From the NCBI GenBank assembly GCA_050613775.1, contig JBODTK010000001.1:1674001-1738000 (forward strand): a DNA stretch of 64,000 nucleotides. The letters run 5' to 3'. The DNA comes from Neocallimastix sp. 'constans' (Eukaryota). Below are positions 20,501 to 32,515 of the stretch, one piece after another; position 1 is the stretch's first letter, and the number at the start of each line of letters is the position of its first letter. The notes under the pieces were generated by a model. That model worked only from the letters and a program-made list of their open reading frames with translations. It searched no databases and had not been told where the DNA came from. The position numbers and the translations under genes are program-made.

Positions 20501-22703
20501 GCTTCTATAATATCAATTCCAAAAAAAGGAGATCTTTCGGATTGTAATAATTATCGTGGTATTTCTCTTATTAATGTTGGCTTAAAAATTATTTCAAAGA
20601 TTGTTACTAATAGAATTGCTAAATATGCCCTTGAACATAAATTTGTTAGACCTGAACAATTTGGATTTAGAAATAAAGAAGAATGCATAAGTTTGTATAT
20701 TTCAATTAGAGAGATATGTCAAAGAAGAAAATTTCAAGGAAATTTTACTTATCTTGCTTTTCTCGATCTTAAAAAAGCCTATGATTCAGTTCCTCTCTTT
20801 AATATTTTGACCAAATTATATAACTTAGGAATTAGAGATAAATGTCATCTGTTTTTAAAGAATCTTTATCTATCTTCTAAAGCTCGTGCTTTTTTTAATG
20901 GTAATCTCTCAGAAGAATTTTCGATTAATCGTGGTGTTAGACAAGGATGCTCTCTATCTCCTATTTTATTCAATTTGTTCATTAATGATATACTGGATAA
21001 TTGTGATAAGTATGGTGTATATTTAGATTCTCAATATTGTTGTGGTGGACTTTTTGCGGATGATATTGTTTTAGTTGCTCCATCTAAACAAGCTCTTAAG
21101 AAAATTTTGAATAAAGTTCATGAATGGGCTATTAAAAATGAAATGACTTTTGGAATTAATAAGTGTGCTACTCTTGTTGTAAAACCGATTAACTTTGTTA
21201 AACCGATAAATTATGAAGATCCATCTTTCTTTATTGGTAGTAAAAAATTACCTAAAACTGACAACTATACCTATCTTGGTATTCCTTTTGATGAATCTTT
21301 ATCACTGAAACCTATACAATCCAAATTAAACAGTAATTTAAATGTCAAGTTAAATTTGTACTTTCGATTTCTTATTAATAAATCTGTTCCTCTCCCATTG
21401 AAGAAATATGTTTTAATTTCGTTTATTCTTAGTCTTGTTATATATTATGCTCCTCTCTTTGGTTCAAATAAGAGCAGATGTTCTAAAGCTCAAAAAATTA
21501 TTAATAGAGGACTTTATTGGAGTTACGGATTTAAATCTCGCAATTCTTCTGTTAGTCTCTATAATATTACTCGTGAATTGAGAATACCTCCTCTTTCAGC
21601 TGTCTGTGCTATATCTCAATTACGTTGCTTTAGAAAATGGAAAAACTCATCATGTATTATTAATCATCTCACTAATAATATTCCTACTATGTCACATTAT
21701 TCATGGACTAAAGAATCAAGGACTTTGGATAAGAAATTAAATGGTAAGAAAACAAGTGAAATAAAAAAGTTTTATTGGGAAAGAGATGTCTTCAAACCCT
21801 CAAACGCTAAAAAAGCAATTATTTACAAGGAGAATGATTTTGGATTTATTTCAGAAATCAGAAACTTAACATTTCAATATCCTAAGTATCAGTTGGGATT
21901 CTTTTGGATTTCTCGTATTAGGTGTGGTTTTAAATTCGACATTAGTATTTCCATTAAAAGAAAAATCGTCTCAGAAGATTGCCCTAAATGTTGCCCTTGT
22001 TGTGGTGTTAGTGTACCTAGCTTTTCTCACTGGATCTTTGCCTGTAAAGAATTGGAAAATTACGGAAATAAATCTTTACCTTTTCTAGATGATCTCTTTT
22101 TGAAGTTTGCATTGATAATTGAACAAAAATCCTTGGATGTTCCTTTAGATTCAGAAAAGGATTTTGATAATAATATTTATTATTATATATTGAGTACACT
22201 TCTTGGTGGGCGTTCAATATATTCAAAAATTAAAGTTAATGATGAGGAACAAAGACAATTAGTTGACAATATTTTTAAACAAAGTTCAACTTCGTCAACA
22301 GTTCCGTATTTTGTGGGGATTGCGGAGTTTCTAACAAACGTAATACCATTAATTTGTCGATCTTTTAGTTTGATGATGAAATGGTATTCCGTTGAATCTA
22401 CCGTTACCAAGAGCGTCGACGTCGAAATGATAAGGCATGGATTTTCACCTCCAGATACAGATTCGATTGATAACACTAATACTGAAATTATTACTCACAA
22501 TAATGGACGTGGTGTTATTATCGAGGAATGGGAAAAGTTAGAGGCTATTGCTTCTAACGCACTTTTATAATTTTATAATATATAATATTTTATTTCATGT
22601 ATTTTATTATTTTTTTATTTCTTTAAAATCATGTAATTTTATTATTATTATAAATTAAATAAAGTTATTCTCTAAGTCTAAAAAAAAAAAAAAAAAAAAA
22701 AAA
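17581..22703 (+). mobile_element. Full-length family B LINE
   Basis: ~865-nt leader, 1374-aa ORF, AATAAA, poly(A) 22680-22703. The 5' end is inferred from a second copy starting at the same base (26948) and from a terminal stem. Confidence 0.9.
18446..22570 (+). CDS. Family B polyprotein: N-terminal RRM-like region, APE endonuclease, RT, CCHC finger
   Basis: SWNING, LQE, VGDFN, IDH, SDHFP; KAPGPDG, FLDLKKAYDSV, GVRQG, LFADD; CPCC..HWIFAC. Confidence 0.95.
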   Translation: MDNTSSNSATIPVLRRGLRRYDIQNKDFILIFIHDLQSWSVSKLWEFLSKRISNCNEIVHGIIKTHSPNMENYFILRINYDKPTYYLNILFLLTHCLPINKINWVQTDKIRTFSEVKKFNNKFSSFETKSMAKDFLYSNIYSPSTQFFNLCVSWNINGWNDEKRDGIRYFNEIFKPICICLQEVGNSQYLNAHSNNYPFLCHYNTILRKADPNIPGMRGLSISVHRSCSFSPDPFEYKYIISVNITSFWGIKCTIGNIYVPTVTHKEERKNAFSEITNWIKKHTNTPSILVGDFNMSKPQLDSLLNKSSYQWFTKYLSGLDFTWARDGRSSCIDHVLFNCKMKEYINKVSVCSTFNDISDHFPLILSCKKDDSEGFRAPTPSRRFKWSQRMCNEKHNEIFSSNYFSILINEFDDNKELSSNEMVNKFIETANKVGDKVHARVPCDLKGSAFHCPYYIKKLSHEKHVAFNEIKNFSLGSNLENLDEFLNLLREYKNICGKVRSIKFSIKSKQFHQSIESACNDFSNKNARSAWLKLKKLSRPMYSNSISSSVLKDKQGNFLFSHSDQLNRFAEHYSELASDVTQHSLDNEYWVSLFGTNPNNNLTWDINDSITMKEIQNTVLEMKNNKAPGPDGIPIEFFKSFFSKSDLSDNQDDSSDDHYSMCAKCLLSLFNKIWDGDFPEEWNSASIISIPKKGDLSDCNNYRGISLINVGLKIISKIVTNRIAKYALEHKFVRPEQFGFRNKEECISLYISIREICQRRKFQGNFTYLAFLDLKKAYDSVPLFNILTKLYNLGIRDKCHLFLKNLYLSSKARAFFNGNLSEEFSINRGVRQGCSLSPILFNLFINDILDNCDKYGVYLDSQYCCGGLFADDIVLVAPSKQALKKILNKVHEWAIKNEMTFGINKCATLVVKPINFVKPINYEDPSFFIGSKKLPKTDNYTYLGIPFDESLSLKPIQSKLNSNLNVKLNLYFRFLINKSVPLPLKKYVLISFILSLVIYYAPLFGSNKSRCSKAQKIINRGLYWSYGFKSRNSSVSLYNITRELRIPPLSAVCAISQLRCFRKWKNSSCIINHLTNNIPTMSHYSWTKESRTLDKKLNGKKTSEIKKFYWERDVFKPSNAKKAIIYKENDFGFISEIRNLTFQYPKYQLGFFWISRIRCGFKFDISISIKRKIVSEDCPKCCPCCGVSVPSFSHWIFACKELENYGNKSLPFLDDLFLKFALIIEQKSLDVPLDSEKDFDNNIYYYILSTLLGGRSIYSKIKVNDEEQRQLVDNIFKQSSTSSTVPYFVGIAEFLTNVIPLICRSFSLMMKWYSVESTVTKSVDVEMIRHGFSPPDTDSIDNTNTEIITHNNGRGVIIEEWEKLEAIASNALL

Positions 22704-24284
22704 GGAAAGAATGATATTCCTAAAGTTTCTAGTTATGTCTATCTTGGTATTCCTTTTTCAGATGATCTCCTACTAGAACACATTATATCTCACATGCATT
22801 TTAAAGTTAGAAAATCCCTTCTTTCATTTACACGTTTCTTTTCAAATAAACTTATCCCTATTGCATACAAGAAAAAAGTTCTTCAATCCTTTGTTATTAG
22901 TAAAGTAATTTATTATTCTCCTTTACTTGGTTCAAACAAATCTAGAACGGCTAGAATTCAAACATTAATTAATACTGGTCTATTTTGGTGTATCGGTTCC
23001 TTCTCTAAAAATGGTAAAACAAATACAGAAGACAATGACTATATTAGACATAATTCAACAATGAGTACTTATGCTTTATCTCCAGATCTAAGCATTCCTC
23101 CTATTGCTGGTATCTGCGCAGCCTTACAGATTAAATCATTTGCAAAATGGAGTAAATCAAACTGTATCATAAAGGATCTTATTAAATCTATTCCCAAAAT
23201 GCCTTATTATTCCTGGACTAAAGAATCTAGAACACTATATAAAAAAATCAAAAAATATAAATGTGTAAAATATGACGATATTATAGAACGTTACTGGAAA
23301 TCAGTTTCCAGATTTCAAGGTATTAAAGGTCGAAACTACGATAGTAACAAGTTCTCAAACAATAAAGCTATAATAATGCTTAGCTTAAAATATCCTCAAT
23401 TCAACTTAGGATTTTCGTGGATTATACGTTTACGCTGTGGTTATAAATACAATACTACTATTGCTATTAGAATGGGTAGAGTTTCAGAAGATTGTCCAAA
23501 GTCTTGCCCCCGTTGTGGTGAAGGTAATCAATCTTTTGAACATTGGATTTTTAAATGCGATGCTCTTGCATCTTTTAGATGGAATTCTTTAAATTTCATC
23601 GATGATCTCTATGTTTTATTCCTTAGGAAGATTAGAGCGTTTAATCCTCTTTCTTCCTATGACTCTATTTCTGATTTTGAAGATTATATCAATCATTATA
23701 TATACTTGTTCCTTCTTGGTGGGACTTTAGTTTTAAATGAACTACATTTCGATAGTGGGGAACAGAGACATTTAAATGAACTACTTTTCAAAGGTTCATC
23801 TGAGTCATCTGTTCCAAAAATTGTGGGCTTGGCGGAATTCTTAACAAGGGCAATACCTATCATAAGTAGTTCGTTTGAGCTATTATTTGATAGGTATTGC
23901 AAAATATCAAACTTAACCAAGAGCGTCGACGTCGTACTGATAAGGCATAATGATAATACAGGATCGTCATCTATTTCTACGAAGGACGAATCTTGCCCTA
24001 GTAGTTCAATAAATGATGAATCCGGGGAGAGTTTAGTGGACACCACACTATCTATTTTAAAGATGTTACTTCTAGGTTTTATTTCTTTTTTATTTGTTAG
24101 GAAGGGAAAAATTCCCGCATAGTACAACTTGCCGAAATACATAGTATTTTCGAGCTTTTCTATTTTTTTATTTTTTAATTTTTTATTTTTAATTTCTAAT
24201 GTACTTTTCACCTACATGTATTTTTTAAAATAAAATTTAATAAAGTTTTGGAAGTGTATTCTCTTCCCTGTCTAAAAAAAAAAA
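22704..24284 (+). mobile_element. 5'-truncated family C LINE, copy 2
   Basis: Near-identical to 15063-16650; poly(A) 24274-24284. Confidence 0.93.
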
Positions 24285-26816
24285 TACAGTGAACTAGCTT
24301 CTGATGTTACTCAACACAGTTTGGATAATGAATACTGGGTAAGTTTATTTGGAACTAATCCTAATAATAATCTTACTTGGGATATTAATGATTCTATTAC
24401 TATGGAAGAAATTCAAAACACTGTGTTTTGATATGAAAAATAATAAAGCTCCTGGACCCGATGGTATTCCGATTGAATTTTTTAAAGCCTTCTTTAGTAA
24501 ATCTGATTTATCCGATAATCAAGATGATTCTTCAGATGATCACTACTCTAAGTGTGCTAAATGTTTATTTTCATTATTTAACAAAATCTGGGATGGTGAT
24601 TTCCCTGAAGAGTGGAATTCGGCTTCTATAATATCAATTCCAAAAAAAGGAGATCTTTCGGATTGTAATAATTATCGTGGTATTTCTCTTATTAATGTTG
24701 GCTTAAAAATTATTTCAAAGATTGTTACTAATAGAATTGCTAAATATGCCCTTGAACATAAATTTGTTAGACCTGAACAATTTGGATTTAGAAATAAAGA
24801 AGAATGCATAAGTTTGTATATTTCAATTAGAGAGATATGTCAAAGAAGAAAATTTCAAGGAAATTTTACTTATCTTGCTTTTCTCGATCTTAAAAAAGCC
24901 TATGATTCAGTTCCTCTCTTTAATATTTTGACCAAATTATATAACTTAGGAATTAGAGATAAATGTCATCTGTTTTTAAAGAATCTTTATCTATCTTCTA
25001 AAGCTCGTGCTTTTTTTAATGGTAATCTCTCAGAAGAATTTTCGATTAATCGGGGTGTGAGACAAGGATTCTCTCTATCTCCTATTTTATTCAATTTGTT
25101 CATTAATGATGTACTGGATAATTGTGATAAGTATGGTGTATATTTAGATTCTCAATATTGTTGTGGTGGACTTTTTGCGGATGATATTGTTTTAGTTGCT
25201 CCATCTAAACAAGCTCTTAAGAAAATTTTGAATAAAGTTCATGAATGGGCTATTAAAAATGAAATGACTTTTGGAATTAATAAGTGTGCTACTCTTGTTG
25301 TAAAACAGATTAACTTTGTTAAACCGATAAACTATGAAGATCCATCTTTCTTTAATGGTAGTAAAAAATTACCTAAAACTGACAACTATACTTATTTTGG
25401 TATTCCTTTTGATGAATCTTTATCACTGAAATCTATACAATCCAAATTAAACAGTAATTTAAATGTTAAGTTAAATTTGTACTTTCGATTTCTTATTAAT
25501 AAATCTATTCCTCTCCCATTGAAGAAATACGTTTTAATTTCGTTTATTTTTAGTCTTGTTATATATTATGCTCCTCTCTTTGGTTCAAATAAGAGCAGAT
25601 GTTCTAAAGCTCAAAAAATTATTAATAGAGGACTTTATTGGAGTTACGGATTTAAATCTCGCAATTCTTCTGTTAGTCTCTATAATATTACTCGTGAACT
25701 GAGAATACCTCCTCTTTCAGCTGTCTGTGCTATATCTCAATTACGTTGCTTTAGAAAATGGAAAAACTCATCATGTATTATTAATCATCTCACTAATAAT
25801 ATTCCTACTATGTCACATTATTCATGGACTAAAGAATCAAGGACTTTGGATAAGAAATTAAATGGTAAAAAAACAAGTGAAATAAAAAAGTTTTATTGGG
25901 AAAGAGATGTCTTCAAACCCTCAAACGCTAAAAAAGCAATTATTTACAAGGAGAATGATTTTGGATTTATTTCAGAAATCAGAAATTTAACATTTCAATA
26001 TCCTAAGTATCAGTTGGGATTCTTTTGGATTTCTCGAATTAGGTGTAGTTTTAAATTTGACATTAGTATTTCCATTAAAAGAAAAATCGTCTCAGAAGAT
26101 TGCCCTAAATGTTGCCCTTGTTGTGATGTTAGTGTACCTAGCTTTTCTCACTGGATCTTTGCCTGTAAAGAATTGGAAAATTACGGAAATAAATCTTTAC
26201 CTTTTCTAGATGATCTCTTTTTGAAGTTTGCATTGATAATTGAACAAAAATCCTTGGATGTTCCTTTAGATTCAGAAAAGGATTATGATAATAATATTTA
26301 TTATTATATATTGAGTACACTTCTTGGTGGGCGTTCAATATATTCAAAAATTAAAGTTAATGATGAGGAACAAAGACAATTAGTTGACAATATTTTTAAA
26401 CAAAGTTCAACTTCGTCAACAGTTCCGTATTTTGTGGGGATTGCGGAGTTTCTAACAAACGTAATACCATTAATTTGTCGATCTTTTAGTTTGATGATGA
26501 AATGGTATTCCGTTGAATCTACCGTTGCCAAGAGCGTCGACGTCGAAATGATAAGGCATGGATTTTCACCTCCAGATACAGATTCGATTGATAACATTAA
26601 TACTGAAATTATTTCTCGCAATAATGGACGTGGTGTTATTATCGAGGAATGGGAAAAGTTAGAGGCTATTGCTTCTAACGCACTTTTATAATTTTATAAT
26701 ATATAATATTTTATTTCATGTATTTTATTATTTTTTTTTTCCTTTAAAATCATGTAATTTTATTATTATTATAAATTAAATAAAGTTATTCTCTTAGTCT
26801 AAAAAAAAAAAAAAAA
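24285..26816 (+). mobile_element. 5'-truncated family B LINE, copy 2, with a +1 frameshift near 24426
   Basis: Matches B from ~20165 onward; poly(A) 26801-26816. Confidence 0.93.
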
Positions 26817-26947
26817 TTTATTTTTTATTTTTTAAATTTTTTATTTTTAATTTCAAATGTACTTTTCACCTACATGTATTTTTTTAAAATAAAATTAATA
26901 AAGTTTTGGAAGTGTATTCTCTTCCCTGTCTAAAAAAAAAAAAAAAA
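26817..26947 (+). mobile_element. Family C 3' UTR stub with poly(A)
   Basis: Matches the C end ..CTTTTCACCTACATG..CTCTTCCCTGTCT(A)n. Confidence 0.88.
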
Positions 26948-27502
26948 ATATCAGGTGTACTAATTACAGCTTTCTGTGTATCTGATGATAATCAATGGTT
27001 ATCTTTTCTAAAGTGGCTTCTCTATTTAAGTGCTAGATGAAATTAGACGTTTATTCTGATATTCCATTCTTGGTGGTTACTGCGGCACTTCTCCAATCGA
27101 TTATACCTATTGCTATTGGCCCAGCAATGGTCTTTGTTCAATAGGTTCAAATCGAATCGTACTACTACTACCAAGAGCGTCAATGCTGAAGAAACAGTAA
27201 GACAGGCCAGCAGGGCTAGTGCAACCAATGAAGATCATAATTTTGTATCTTAAAATTATGATTAACATTGCGAAGTCAAAATTAATTATTATACTTCAGT
27301 ATAATAATGCCCTTGTGAAGTCTTACAAATATTAATTAAATGAAACTAGAATATATTATACCATTATTTTATTTTATATTGTGTTTTATTTTTTGTTTAT
27401 TTTTTTATCTTTTTTTTATTTTATTACATGTATTTTATCAAATATTTAATTAATAAAGATGAAACAAGTTTGCTGCCGTTAAAAAAAAAAAAAAAAAAAA
27501 AA
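26948..27502 (+). mobile_element. Chimera: first 74 nt of the B leader (26948-27021) fused to an A 3' end with poly(A)
   Basis: 26948-27021 matches 17581-17654; 27021-27480 matches A 8589-9055; poly(A) 27481-27502. Confidence 0.88.
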
Positions 27503-27513
27503 AGTGACTCAAC

Positions 27514-30500
27514 CAATTCCAAAATTCCTATTCCATTTAAGAAAATTATAATTAACTCTTATGTACTTAGTAAAGTCTCTTACTTTGCACCTCTACTTGG
27601 TTCAAATAAAGCTAGAACAAATAATACTCAGAAATTAATTAATAAAGGATTAAGATGGATTGCAGGTATACAAAAAGCCAAATCATATATTAAAGTACAA
27701 GTTCAAGTTCAAGTTCAAGTACAAGCTCAAGTTCAATTTCAAATTTATGTTTAAATTCAGTTTCAAGTTCAGATTCAAATTCAAATTCCAGTTCAATCAA
27801 TAATAATAATTCCAATAATATTAATAACACTTATATTAATAATAATACAGTTAAAGAATTTTCTCTATGTGTCAGTTGGAATACTAATGTATGGAACTTT
27901 GATAAAAAAGACAGTGTTGAATTCTTTATTTTAATGTACAAACCACTTTTCTTATGCCTTCAGGAAACAGGATATGGTTCAGGTTCTAGCAGTAAATATC
28001 CATGGTCGAGTATCATTAAAAAACTACAAACATTTCTTCAAAAAAGCTAATAAAGAAATTCCCGGTAAAAGAGGACTTTATATAGGTTTTCATAATTCTT
28101 GTCAAGCCTCTCTTGAAAACAACACTTATGAGTATATTATTTCTTTATATACTTATAATTTTTGGAATTTCACTAAATGTTCTATTGGTAATGTGTACGT
28201 ACCTCATAGTGGCCATAGCCTTCATGCTAGAGCTGCTAGAATTGAAATATTGTCGTGGTTAAATAGTCACTCTTCTCATCCTTCAATGTTGGTTGGTGAT
28301 TTTAATTTACCTATTGAGAAATTAGGTAATTCGCTCTCTAAATTTAGTAATTGGAAAATTCTTCCCTTATGGGGCTCCCCAATTTCATGGAGTAGAGGTA
28401 ATAGAGAATCTGATATAGATCATGCGATTGTCAATGATCATATGTTAGATTTACTTTCATATGGTACTTTTATTGACTTTCCCCCTTATTTCGGATCATA
28501 AACCTTTATTAATAAAAGGTAAATATTTTTCATCAGTTAATTCAGATAATTCTTTCTCTCAGCCTAAAAAGACAGTTAAATTGGATAGATTAAAATGTAT
28601 TAATGAAAAAGAATCAATTTTTGACAACAACTATTTTAGTGTATTAGAGGAAGTGATTCCAGATCCTAATATTAGTATTGATGATATTTCTAAGAAATTT
28701 ATTTCAACTTCATTCAATATTGCTAAGGAACTTAATATCACGTCAATTTCAGAAGATCGAAAATCTTTTTTTCATATGTCGCAGAAAATATTTAATTTGA
28801 AAAAACTCAAAATGAAATTATATAAATCCATTAAAAGAAGAGGTTCTTATCATAATTTAGAAGAATTTGAAGAATTAATTGAAAAATATAATAGAAATGT
28901 GCAAAATTATTCATCATATGTGTAATATTTATAGGAAAACTGAATACCAACATTGGATCAATATAGGATGTGAATATATGAAATCTAATAACCCTAAGAA
29001 AGCTTGGAAATGGCTTAAAACAACAGCAAAAGTAGATAAATTTAAAAATATGTCAAATTCTCCAGTAAAGGACAAAAATGGTAAACTAGCTACTTCTACT
29101 AAAGAACAGTTAGAAGTATGGCACAATCACTATAAAAAACTTGCTTCAAGCCATTCTGATATCAATAGTGCATTAATAGAATGGTATAATAAATTTTCCA
29201 ATGGAACAATTAGGTATACGAGACACAATGAATGGGATATAAATCAAGACATCAGTATTGAAGAAATTAGAGAAGCAATTTTAGCTACTCCAAATTATAA
29301 AGCTTCAGGCCCGGATGGAATTCCTATTGAATTTTATAAAGCTTTAATTCCTCCGGATGACGAAAATTCAGTTAATAATCTTCTTCTGGTTTAAATTGTT
29401 TACAGAAGATATACTCAAGAATTTGGAATGGTGAATTTCCTAGCTCTTGGAATGAAGCAAGTATTATATCTATTCCTAAAAAAGGAGATGATCTATCTGA
29501 TTGTGACAATTATCGAGGTATCTCTCTGATTAACAATGGTATTAAACTCATTTCGAAAATAGTCTCCAAAAGAATTTCGGAATATGGACTTAAAAATAAT
29601 TTTATTAGGCCAGAGCAATTTGGATTTCGTACTAAAGAAGAATGTGTTAGTTTATTTATTTCAATTCGAGAAATTTGTCAAAGGAAACTTACCTTGCTTT
29701 TCTAGATTTAAAAAAGTCATATGATTCTGTTCCAATAGGTAATATTTTATATAAATTAGATGCTTTAGGTATTAGAGGTAAATGTTATCAATTTATAAAA
29801 AATCTATATTTGACTTCCAAAGCCAGTGTTAAAATTGATGATCAATATTCGGAATCTTTTAATATTATGAAAGGAGTTAGACAAGGTTGTCCACTATCAC
29901 CAATTCTTTTCAATCTTTTTATTAATGACATTTTTAATGATTTTTCAGAACTTGGAATTCCTTTAGGCGAATCTAGATGTTGTGGTGGACTCTTTGCAGA
30001 TGATATTGTTCTATGCGCACCATCAAGAACTAAGTTAAAAAAAATGCTTAAGAAGGTAAATGAATGGGCTAAATTTAATATGATAAATTTTGGAATTAAT
30101 AAGTGTGCAACGATGGTGATTCGACCAGACACACCTCTTTTTCAAAATAAAAGAGATCCTAATTTTTATCTTGCTGGTCAACCAAACCCAATAACTAAAT
30201 GTTATACCTATTTAGGTATACCATTTGATAAAAGCTTATCGTTGAACCCTATTATTAAATTACTTAACTCTAAAGTTACTAAAGCTCTCTTTTCTGTTAG
30301 TAAATTTCTTTCAAATTCCAAAATTCCTATTCCATTTAAGAAGATTATTATTAACTCCTATGTACTTAGTAAAGTCTCTTACTTTGCACCTTTACTTGGT
30401 TCAAATAAAGCGAGAACAAATAATACTCAGAAATTAATTAATAAAGGATTAAGATGGGTTGCAGGTTTACAAAAAGCCAAATCTTTTATCAATGTATATT

Positions 30501-31626
30501 CTATTTCAAAAGATTTAAATATTCCTCCATTGTTAGCTAAGTGTGCTATGTCTCAAGTCAAATGTTTTGATAAATGGAAAGATTCAAATTGTATTACTTC
30601 CTATTTAGTTAATAATATTCCAAAATCTAGAAAATATACATGGACAAAAGAAAGTAGAACTCTTAAACGTAAACTAGAGAAAAGAGGTAATAACGATAAT
30701 AAAATCAAGGATTTTTATTGGAAAAGAGATTTGAAAATCAATTCTATAAAAGCTGAGTTTTATGACAAAAACAAATTCGAAGAAACATCAAAATTTATAA
30801 AACTTTGTTATGACTATCCTGATCTTTCATATGGTTTCTATTGGCTATTGAGAGTACGAAGCGGATATAGATTAGATGCTAGAATTGCTAAAGCTGCAAA
30901 AATAGTAGATCAAATGTGTCCTAATTTTTGTCCCTGTTGTAAAAGTAATAAACAATGGATAAGTCATTGGTTAATTGATTGTCCTTTTTTCAATCATATT
31001 CGTAGTAAAGTTAATGATAAAATTTTATTTTTATATAATGCTTTTTACCGTGGCAACCTAACAAATGATATAGTTAATAGTAATAATGATAATAGAAATA
31101 GTAATAATAGTAATAGTAATAATAGTAATAGTAATATTAGTAATAGTATTTTTAGTAATGTTAGTAATAGTATTGAAAATAATGTGTATATTGATTCTAG
31201 TGTGTGTGAAAAAGTGTTTAATTTCCTTCTTGGAGGTCGAAGTATTAATAACAGTACAAGGGAATGGAAGGATCTATTTAAGTGCCAGATGAAATCAGGT
31301 GCTTATTCTGATACTCCGTTCTTAGTGGTTACTGCGGCACTTCTCCAATCGATTATACCTATTGCTATTGGCCCAGCAATGGTCTTTGTTCAATAGGTTC
31401 AAATCGAATCGTACTACTACTACCAAGAGCGTCAATGCTGAAGAAACAGTAAGACAGGCCAGCAGGGCTAGCGCAACCAATGAAGATCATAATTTTATAT
31501 CTTAAAATTAGGATTAACATTGCGAAGTCAAAATTAATTATTATACTTCAGTATAATAATGCCCTTGTGAAGTCTTATAAATATTAATTAAATGAAACTA
31601 GAATATTTTATACCATTATTTTATTT
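27514..31626 (+). mobile_element. Decayed, rearranged family A copy: post-RT fragment 27514-27693, then Ser linker to 3' UTR with several frameshifts
   Basis: High identity to A; ORF broken into 27974-28501, 28461-28925, 28879-29394 and 29675-31396. Confidence 0.9.
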
Positions 31627-31996
31627 TAATTTGTCGATCTTTTAGATTGATGATGAAATGATATTCCGTTGAATCTACCGTTGCCAAGAGCGTCGACGTA
31701 GAAATGATAAGGCATAGATTTTCACCTCCCGGTGAAATGACAGATACAGATTCGGTTGATAACACTAATACTGAAATTATTACTCGCAATAATGGACGGG
31801 GGTGTTATCATCGATGAATGGGAAAAGATAGAAACTTTTGCTTCTAACGCACTTTTATAATTATATAATTATATAATTATATAATATATTATATATAATA
31901 TATAATATATAATATTTTATTTCATGTATTTTATTTTTTTATTTTTCATTTAAATCATGTAAATTTATTAATATAAATTAAGTAAAGTTTTCTAAA
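31626..31996 (+). mobile_element. Family B 3' end fused to the truncated A 3' UTR
   Basis: Matches B 22349-22675. Confidence 0.85.
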
Positions 31997-32089
31997 TATA
32001 CACCATACTTATGTTTATATTTCTTAGTTTTTAATATTTTAGTATTTATTAGTTTAATTTTTAATTAATTTCTAATTTATAGTTCATAA

Positions 32090-32515
32090 TAGAAAAAATT
32101 TCTCACTGGTGTTCTAGCTGTTACGAAGCATCTATTGACAGCACAAGGTTGCTTTTTATCCGTATACTTTCATGGACCAATGCTAAAATGAAGGAATTTA
32201 TTCATTCTAGATGAAAGAAATTTAAGGATAATATTTTTCAATAAAAAGAATTACTAAATTCACTGATTGTTTCTTCAAAAGTTTACACTCCAAATTTCAA
32301 CCACGTAAAATTTGAAAAAATATATGAATAAGTAATATCAGGAGTTAAAAATGGTATAAATAGCAATCATGAACTCAATGCTCCCAATATTCCTAATCTT
32401 AATTCTCAAAATCCAATTTCATATTCTTACATAGGAAAGTTTTCTTTCTGTCTTAGTTTGAATACCAATGGATGGAGTTTTGTGAAAAGAGATAGTATTG
32501 AGTACTTCAAAACGA
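32090..32515 (+). pseudogene. Degenerate 5' ORF fragment of a related LINE
   Basis: Ends in GKFSFCLSLNTNGWSFVKRDSIEYF, homologous to A KEFSLCVSWNTNGWNFDKKDSVEFF. The left boundary is approximate. Confidence 0.7.

Noticed and set aside
22515..22540. GAATGGGA resembling the HDV ribozyme 3' end; GAGC plus AA bulge resembling group II intron domain 5
   Set aside because: The catalytic C and nested pseudoknot were not found, and the GAGC has no pairing partner as in domain 5.
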